Shown in pieces: positions 56,631 to 64,000 of a stretch of 64,000 nucleotides of DNA. The notes beneath the pieces are model-generated. The model had not been told where the DNA came from, searched no databases, and saw nothing but the letters and a program-made list of their open reading frames with translations. The translations under genes and the position numbers were made by a program. The DNA comes from Octopus vulgaris (lineage: Eukaryota). The stretch covers positions 17,360,001-17,424,000 of the forward strand of contig OX597819.1 of the NCBI GenBank assembly GCA_951406725.2, read 5' to 3'. Positions within the stretch are counted from its first letter, which is position 1; each line of letters starts with the position of its first letter.

Positions 56631-56717
56631 TAAAATTAATTAAGGGTAGAAATTGATATTAGTCAATTAAAACCAGTGGTCTAGCATATTAAAAAGAATC
56701 CGAAGATTAAAATATTT

Positions 56718-57007
56718 ATATATACCAATTAAGGACTGAACACGAAAAGTGGACAGTCAACATGCTAGATATAGACGTCAAATCGCCATTCTCCACAAAG
56801 ATTATGTTCTCAAATAAAATAAAATAAAATTCAGCACAAAACCAAACCAATAAATAAGACAAATGAGACAAATCTCTTATTTATTGCTTTGGTTTTGTGC
56901 TGAATTTTATTTTATTTTATTTGAGAACATAATCTTTGTGGAGAATGGCGATTTGACGTCTATATCTAGCATGTTGACTGTCCACTTTTCGTGTTCAGTC
57001 CTTAATT

Positions 57008-57016
<9 letters not shown>
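56718..57016. repeat. About 140-bp near-perfect inverted repeat in a TA island
   Basis: Arms 56718-56859 and 56875-57016, 15-bp spacer. Confidence 0.92.
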
Positions 57017-57096
<80 letters not shown>

Positions 57097-57336
57097 CTGC
57101 GCGATGTACAAAGTCTCCTATAATAAGTCTGTACATATTGGTCAACGCATGTAGCTACATATAACGAACCAACATACTTTTGAAGATATATCTTTGCCAG
57201 GTGACCTGAATAAAAGCCAGACAGTGACATGTGTTTATATAAAGCCTTACATAGTCACAAGTGAAAGTTTGACTGCATTGACGTTTGTGATTTTATTTCA
57301 TTGTTTTCGTAAGACAACATTTTAATCAGTAGATCA

Positions 57337-57690
<354 letters not shown>

Positions 57691-58884
57691 TTGTCACCTG
57701 TTATGCAATATCTCTTCCAATCAACACTCCACTGAGTAAAGACTCTCATCCATGCCTGGTTATTTCTGTTGTGGAGTAAAACATAAAGGACTTGATTGCT
57801 TTCTGGTTGGGGGTGGGTGACGGCAGAGAAGGGGTTGTAGTAATGGAGATAATGGTAGCAGTTATTGTTGGTAACAGTTATGAAAGTTGAGTACCATGGT
57901 AAATGTGATAGTGGTGGTTGTAGCAGCAGCAGCAGCAGTAGTAGTAGTAGGGAATGTCTTGAGAATACATATGTCTTTCAATTATGGCCACAAATCATCC
58001 AGAAAAGGAATTTGACTTCCTCTAAGAGCTCATTATTGAAGGACACAATTTCTCGTCCTCAGATTGATCTTCCCTGCCTTGAAGCAGTCATCCATGAATT
58101 CTGTAGAATCTTTAAGCCATCAACCGTTTTATCTCCTGACTATCCACCTGTGTAATTACTTTAGCAAAACTTTTTATAGGTGCTCATATGTTTATCTTCA
58201 ATTTATCTGTTATTTTATTTATTTTCTTTATCTTTTGCTATTTCTGGTTATTTTTCTTCAATTAAGGATGGTAAATACCTTAATTTCTATCTAATAAGTT
58301 ATCTTAATCTACATGGAGTTTTTCACATATGAAGAACTTTTTTCCTAAAATAATGTAGCCACACTATTACCACCACACTTAGCCATTCAAATAATCAAAA
58401 TACCATAAATAGTGTAATTGATTAACGTATCGATGTATCTAAAGTCTAATAACAGAAATACTAACGCTAGCCGAGCTAGATTCGTTATACGTAGCAATCG
58501 AACTAACCTTGCTTTATGTAACTTTCAGAATAAGTCACCGTGTCCAACTAATAATCAATGCCTTATGAAAAACATTGAGTATGAATGCTTTATTACTAAA
58601 TTTCCACATTCAAACTTCAAGGGAATAATCACAAGTACACATTTAAACATAAAACTAAGGCTAGCAGTAAAACTTTAGGCTCAATTTGCACATGGAATTG
58701 CTTGCTCCATCGTATTTTATGTATAGCCATGTAAAAGCGGTTCTTGTTGGCGTGGGCTCTGTGTATCTGGGGTATTGTATATTTGTAGGGATTAAGTCAA
58801 ATATCGTTAATTAATGCTACAAATTGATTATAAGATGCAAGCATCTTAGAAATAAATCGTTTGTATAAACTATCCTTTATTTTT

Positions 58885-59200
58885 TATATTTTACTTGTTT
58901 CAGTCATTTGGCTGCGGCCATAATGGGGCACCGTCTTGAAGGTTTTAGTCGAACAAATCGACCCCAGGACTTATATTTTTAAGCCAAGTACTTATTATAT
59001 CAGTCTTGCTGAGCTAACCACTACGTTACAGAGACATAAACACACCAACACCGGTTGTCAAGGGGTAGTGGAGGACAAGCACAGACACAAATAAACACAC
59101 ACATAGATACATACATACATGCACACACACACATATACACGACAGGCTTCTTTTAGTTTCCATCGACCAAATCCTTGTGGTTGGGAAGTACGCCTATGCC
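58885..59200 (-). mobile_element. SINE family C, degenerate
   Basis: CAGTCATTTGGCTGCGGCC tail and GACAGGCTTCTTTTAGTTTCC body. Confidence 0.8.
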
Positions 59201-59394
59201 TATGTATGCCTAAACTTAATTAACTTATTAGACCTACACTAATAAACTTTGGAACTTTAATTATTTTCCTATTCAACACTGACCATAACGAAATTTCCCC
59301 TTTATAAGATTCTGCATATTTCACTGTATTCTCTCATTTCCTTATTATGTAAATCTGCTTACTGATATTTGATATAGCCAATTATATCTAATAT

Positions 59395-59549
59395 AAACAT
59401 TATTTACATTATTTATATTTGCCGGATATTTGTCCCCATCTTCCTTATTGTTAACAGAACGTTTCGGCTGGTATACCCTCCAGCCTTCATCAAGAGTCTT
59501 GGGGAAGTTTCGAAACTGGGTTCTCATTCCTAAGGTATTTTCGATGTTG

Positions 59550-59634
<85 letters not shown>

Positions 59635-59815
59635 TGTCACTGCTTGGAATGAAACCCACGTTCGAAATTTCCCCAAGACACCTGATGAAGGCTGGAGGAT
59701 ATATCAGCCGAAACGTTGTAGTAACAACAAACAAGATTAGGACAAATATAGATAATCAAATGTAGATAATCTAAATAACGTACATAATTCCTCGTCTCTT
59801 AAATATAGAGCTGTA
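59395..59815. mobile_element. Family K copy, 5'-truncated (-), with inverted HHR tail (+); HHRs at 59453-59498 (-, TTGATGA) and 59677-59722 (+)
   Basis: Minus tail, (ATT)n, partial tRNA B-box, then plus-strand GACAC-CTGATGA-A-GGCTG..CAGCC-GAAAC-GTT...CTCTTAAATATAGA. Confidence 0.85.
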
Positions 59816-60097
59816 ATATAGCCATACAGAGTCTCTTATAGCCGTATATTCTGAGGCCCAACCTATTCTATCTAAATGAAACTGAAATTGTTCCTCGTTG
59901 ATGGCTGGCCTATTTCTCTTATTCTACACCACTGACCTTTCTTAGTTTCATCCTTGGCAGGTTTAATCTTATATATATGAGGTTTTGGAAATTTTACTTT
60001 TGATAGAACAGATTCTCCTAATTCAACTCAATGACTGGGTATATATATATATTCATATAGGTGTTTGTGTATATGCATGCATATTCTTTTTCTTTCT

Positions 60098-60490
60098 TTT
60101 TATTTGTTTCAGTCATTTGACTGCGGCCATGCTGGAGCACCGCCTTTCATCGAGCAACTCGACCCCGGGACTTATTCTTTTGTAAACCCAGTACTTATTT
60201 TATCGGTCTTTTTTTGCCGAACCGCTAAGTAACGGGGACATAAACACACCAGCATCGGTTGTCAAGCAATGCTAGGGGGACAAATACAGACACACAAACA
60301 CACACACGCATATATATATATACATATATACGACGGGCTTCTTTCAGTTTCCATCTACCAAATCCACTCACAAGGCTTTGGTCGGCCCGAGGCTATAGTA
60401 GAAGACACTTGCCCAAGGTGCCACGCAGTGGGATTGAACCCGGAACCATGTGGCTGGTAAACAAGCTACTTACCACACAGCCACTCCTAT
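60098..60490 (-). mobile_element. SINE family C (full length)
   Basis: Same as 43722-44152. Confidence 0.93.
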
Positions 60491-61898
60491 ATGCATATAT
60501 ATGTATTTTTGCAAGTGTGTATGTGTGTGTATGTATATGTTCGTGTGAATGCATATATACACGCGCGTGTGTGTGTATGTGTGTGATTCTCTGTTCGTAT
60601 AAATGTATCGATATATGTCTGTACAACTTGGAGTTTGTTCTGTAGGTGTATAGCTGTAGCTTATTGCTGTGTGTGTGAGTGTTTATGTAGGTGTATGCAT
60701 ATATATTTATGTGTATATATATTTGTATATATATATGTGTGTGTGTGTGGATGCGTATGCACGTATATATATGTATTGGGAATCTATGTTCGCATTTGTA
60801 TGTAGAAGTATATTTATGTATTCGTGTTTTAGAATATATATAGTCCCTGTCTTACTTTCTATACATATGTGTATGTGTGTGTGTGTGTGTGTGTGTATAT
60901 ACGTATGTATATGTGTGTAGTCCAGATTAACTCTCTCTCTATGAATAGCATGTTGCGGTGTGGTTGAAGTGAGAGGGGGTGGATACCTGAAAGTCCAAAT
61001 TCTTTCTGTGTTTGGTGATCTTAGTTGACTTCCAATAAAAGTTTGTTGTTGAAGAACACAATTTCTTGTTATTAAATTGACCTTCCTGCCTTGAAGCGGT
61101 CGTTCAAGACTGCTGTAGAATCATCTGTAGACTCTGTTTTTCTCCACCCCCCTCCGCCTACCCACCTGTGTAATTACTTTAGTAACAAACAAAAAATTAT
61201 TTGCTTATTATGTTATTTGATTTTTACTTTATCATTTTGTTTTTTTTCTGTATCTTTTGTTATTTTGCTTAAAGGATGGTTAATCCCTTATCTTCTTTCC
61301 AGTTTCACTGATATGAGGCTGTTCAGATACAAAGAAAATGTTTTCGATAATAATAGAACTAGAGTATATCTTTACTCTGATGCTTACCAAATCAACGTAA
61401 TTTTGACCTTCCATACATTCCAGTTCTCGCCTTCCATACATTCCATGTATAAAGTGTGAATTTTGCCTCTATATTCAGAGTTGAACTGTTGATGTAATAA
61501 TCATGGTATTCCAGTAATCTGATGAGCTAGTTTATTTATTTGCGTTAATTTGTGACTATAGAACTGTATTGAACTACGCTGAACATACATATCAACGCAA
61601 ATATGTACGCATAATTCCTTGTATACTGAAATTAGTATTATATGAAATCGGTCGCGAAACGGCCGTAATCCCATGATTACGTTCTTAAATATATCTATAT
61701 TCACCTCTGATAGCTCCGGAATTTTTGTTTTTATATTTTCCCCATAGAATAATTTCATCGCTCGGATTTTCTGGATTTTCAATTACCTGGACACTTTACC
61801 CTGCTATATAATTGGTTATTATGTTGATGGCTAGCCGAGTCCGTTTAGGGAGCTTACTGTGGTAGCAGCATGATCCCCCATCCCATATCCCTTACTAC

Positions 61899-61959
<61 letters not shown>

Positions 61960-61963
<4 letters not shown>

Positions 61964-62395
61964 TTTGAGTAGTTGAATGAATTATCTTATTATGGATAAT
62001 TCGGTTAACCGATACCTGGGTAGCAAATTCACGTCAGAAAAACACGGTTGAAGCTACATGCCTAGGGCAGAGATCACGTGCTTTCGTGTGGAAATTTTTG
62101 TGTTTTTTTAAATACAAATAAATGAAAGAATGGAGTTGAACGACGAATTAACAAAATTCCTTTATTCTCGACATATGTTTCGAAGGCTGCATATTCCTAA
62201 TTTCGAAGGAATAAGGGGTGCATTATGCCGCCTTCTCATCTTGATGCTGACATAAGTTCCTTGTTTTTCCTGATGAGAAGGCGGCATAATGCACTCCTTA
62301 TTCCTTCGAAATTAGGAATATGCAGCCTTCGAAACATATGTCGAAAATAAAGGAATTTTGTGAATTCGTCGTTCAACTCCATTCTTTCATTTATT

Positions 62396-62461
<66 letters not shown>

Positions 62462-62482
62462 AATAAATGAAAGAATGGAGTT
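61960..62482. mobile_element. Family I/J pLTR-like element with inverted duplication (62111-62240 / 62272-62400)
   Basis: Homologous to 15900-16190; about 130-bp inverted arms; bounded by (TA)n; third short copy at 62458-62482. Confidence 0.85.
62265..62347 (+). ncRNA. Type I hammerhead ribozyme, canonical GUC
   Basis: TTTTC-CTGATGA-GAAGGC[long stem II]GCCTTC-GAAA-CATATG-TC-GAAAA. Confidence 0.88.
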
Positions 62483-63608
62483 TGTATATATATATATATA
62501 TATGAGGAGAGAGATAGGGGGAAGAGAGAAAGAATTGTGTGTGTGTGCAACCGTGTCTGTCCGTGTGTCTGTACATGTCTATAAGCTGTGAAAGTACGTA
62601 AATGATACACAAACTAATAAAGTTCATAAAGCCTTAAACTCCATCCAATTTATTTATTTATTTATTTTTTTATTCATTCTATCGATTTTCATTAGCTTTT
62701 TTTTTTTTTTCCTTAAGGTATTTTAGAAAATTAAGAATGAGTTTTTTTTTTTTTCTTTCTTTCTTTTTGTTAGATATCATTCAGTGATTGTACAATTATT
62801 TATAAATTCAAACAAATCGGTCTCGCAGACAGCGTTTTGCGGCAAGTGAATTGCAAGCGCGCGTGCGCGTTTCTCTGAAAGTATGTATCTATGAATGTGT
62901 GTGTGTCTCTACATCTGTTCTATATATTCATTTATGCCTATATTTAAGCATATAATGACCTCAATCTTAGACAGTTTCATAAGTTCCATATCCCCTACTA
63001 CAATGCACATCCTCACTCACTATCTCCACGCCCCACCATTTATAACATTTAACAACAAACATCACCCCGATATGGTCAATCCCTTTGCTAGAAATGTCAG
63101 CCAAATGTTCAGTAACCGTCACCTGCCCTTTCTAAAACATGGAAGGACACACTGAATAATGTAGATGTCTTAGATATACTATTAATGATATTGACGGTGT
63201 CAGCCCTCACATCAAAACCACCACCACCACCACCACCACCACCACCACCACCACCGCTGCTTCTTCCGCCACTGCCATATCTATTCTTACTACTATAACC
63301 TCCACCGCCTCGTAAAAACTCCAGTATCACTACCACAACCACAACTACCACACACTCTACCGACATCCTACTCCTCCTCCTCCTCATCATCATCATCAGC
63401 GTCTTCAAACTGAGACCTCAACCACCACCACTACCACCACCACCACAACCACCACCACCACCACCACCACCACCACCACAACCACCACCACCACCACCAC
63501 CACCACCACCACCACCACCACATGTCCACTATTAACCGCACACTCCCCGCCTCGTTCCTAAGGTTCTTCACCATTTCTAATACCTCGATAACCATCACCA
63601 CCACCACC

Positions 63609-63640
<32 letters not shown>

Positions 63641-64000
63641 CAACAACAACTACAATAACAACAGCAACAACAACACTAACGCAGTCCCTTACGCCACCGC
63701 CACCCTCACCTTTACCATCACCACCACCACCAACAACAACAACATCATTACGACGATTACTATTACCCTGTTACTATCACGAGCAATATTACATTTTCTT
63801 AACCAACCCATCCGTGACTACCCCGACCTGTTACACACTATTCTTTTATAAACCATACGGAAATGATATGAATGGAATGGTAGATGAACACCGTCACCCC
63901 TTACCGCCTCTACCCCTACCTATCGCCACCACCATCACCACCACCGCCTCATCCTTACCCCAAGTACTCTCCCCCCCGCTGCCACATCACACACAGAACC

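Overview
AT-rich, microsatellite-saturated eukaryotic non-coding DNA. The repeat repertoire looks like an Octopus (coleoid cephalopod) genome; this is inferred, not proven. No host protein-coding gene is recognisable, and nearly all listed ORFs are microsatellite read-throughs. The window holds several tRNA-derived SINE families, decayed LINE fragments (R4/Dong-type, CR1-type, possible Tx1), a Penelope-like RT fragment, a mariner remnant, a mariner-type MITE and a Helitron-like end. The main signal is about 15 type I hammerhead-ribozyme (HHR) motifs in at least six unrelated short repeat families. Most sit in (TA)n or (AAT)n islands, several as inverted pairs, which is typical of Penelope-like pseudo-LTRs. 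One family has the layout tRNA head + (AAT)n + HHR tail, bounded by a 12-bp target-site duplication (52443-52743). It is a candidate Penelope-mobilised, ribozyme-carrying SINE. All structures were read by eye, and boundaries are approximate unless a TSD or stem is quoted.
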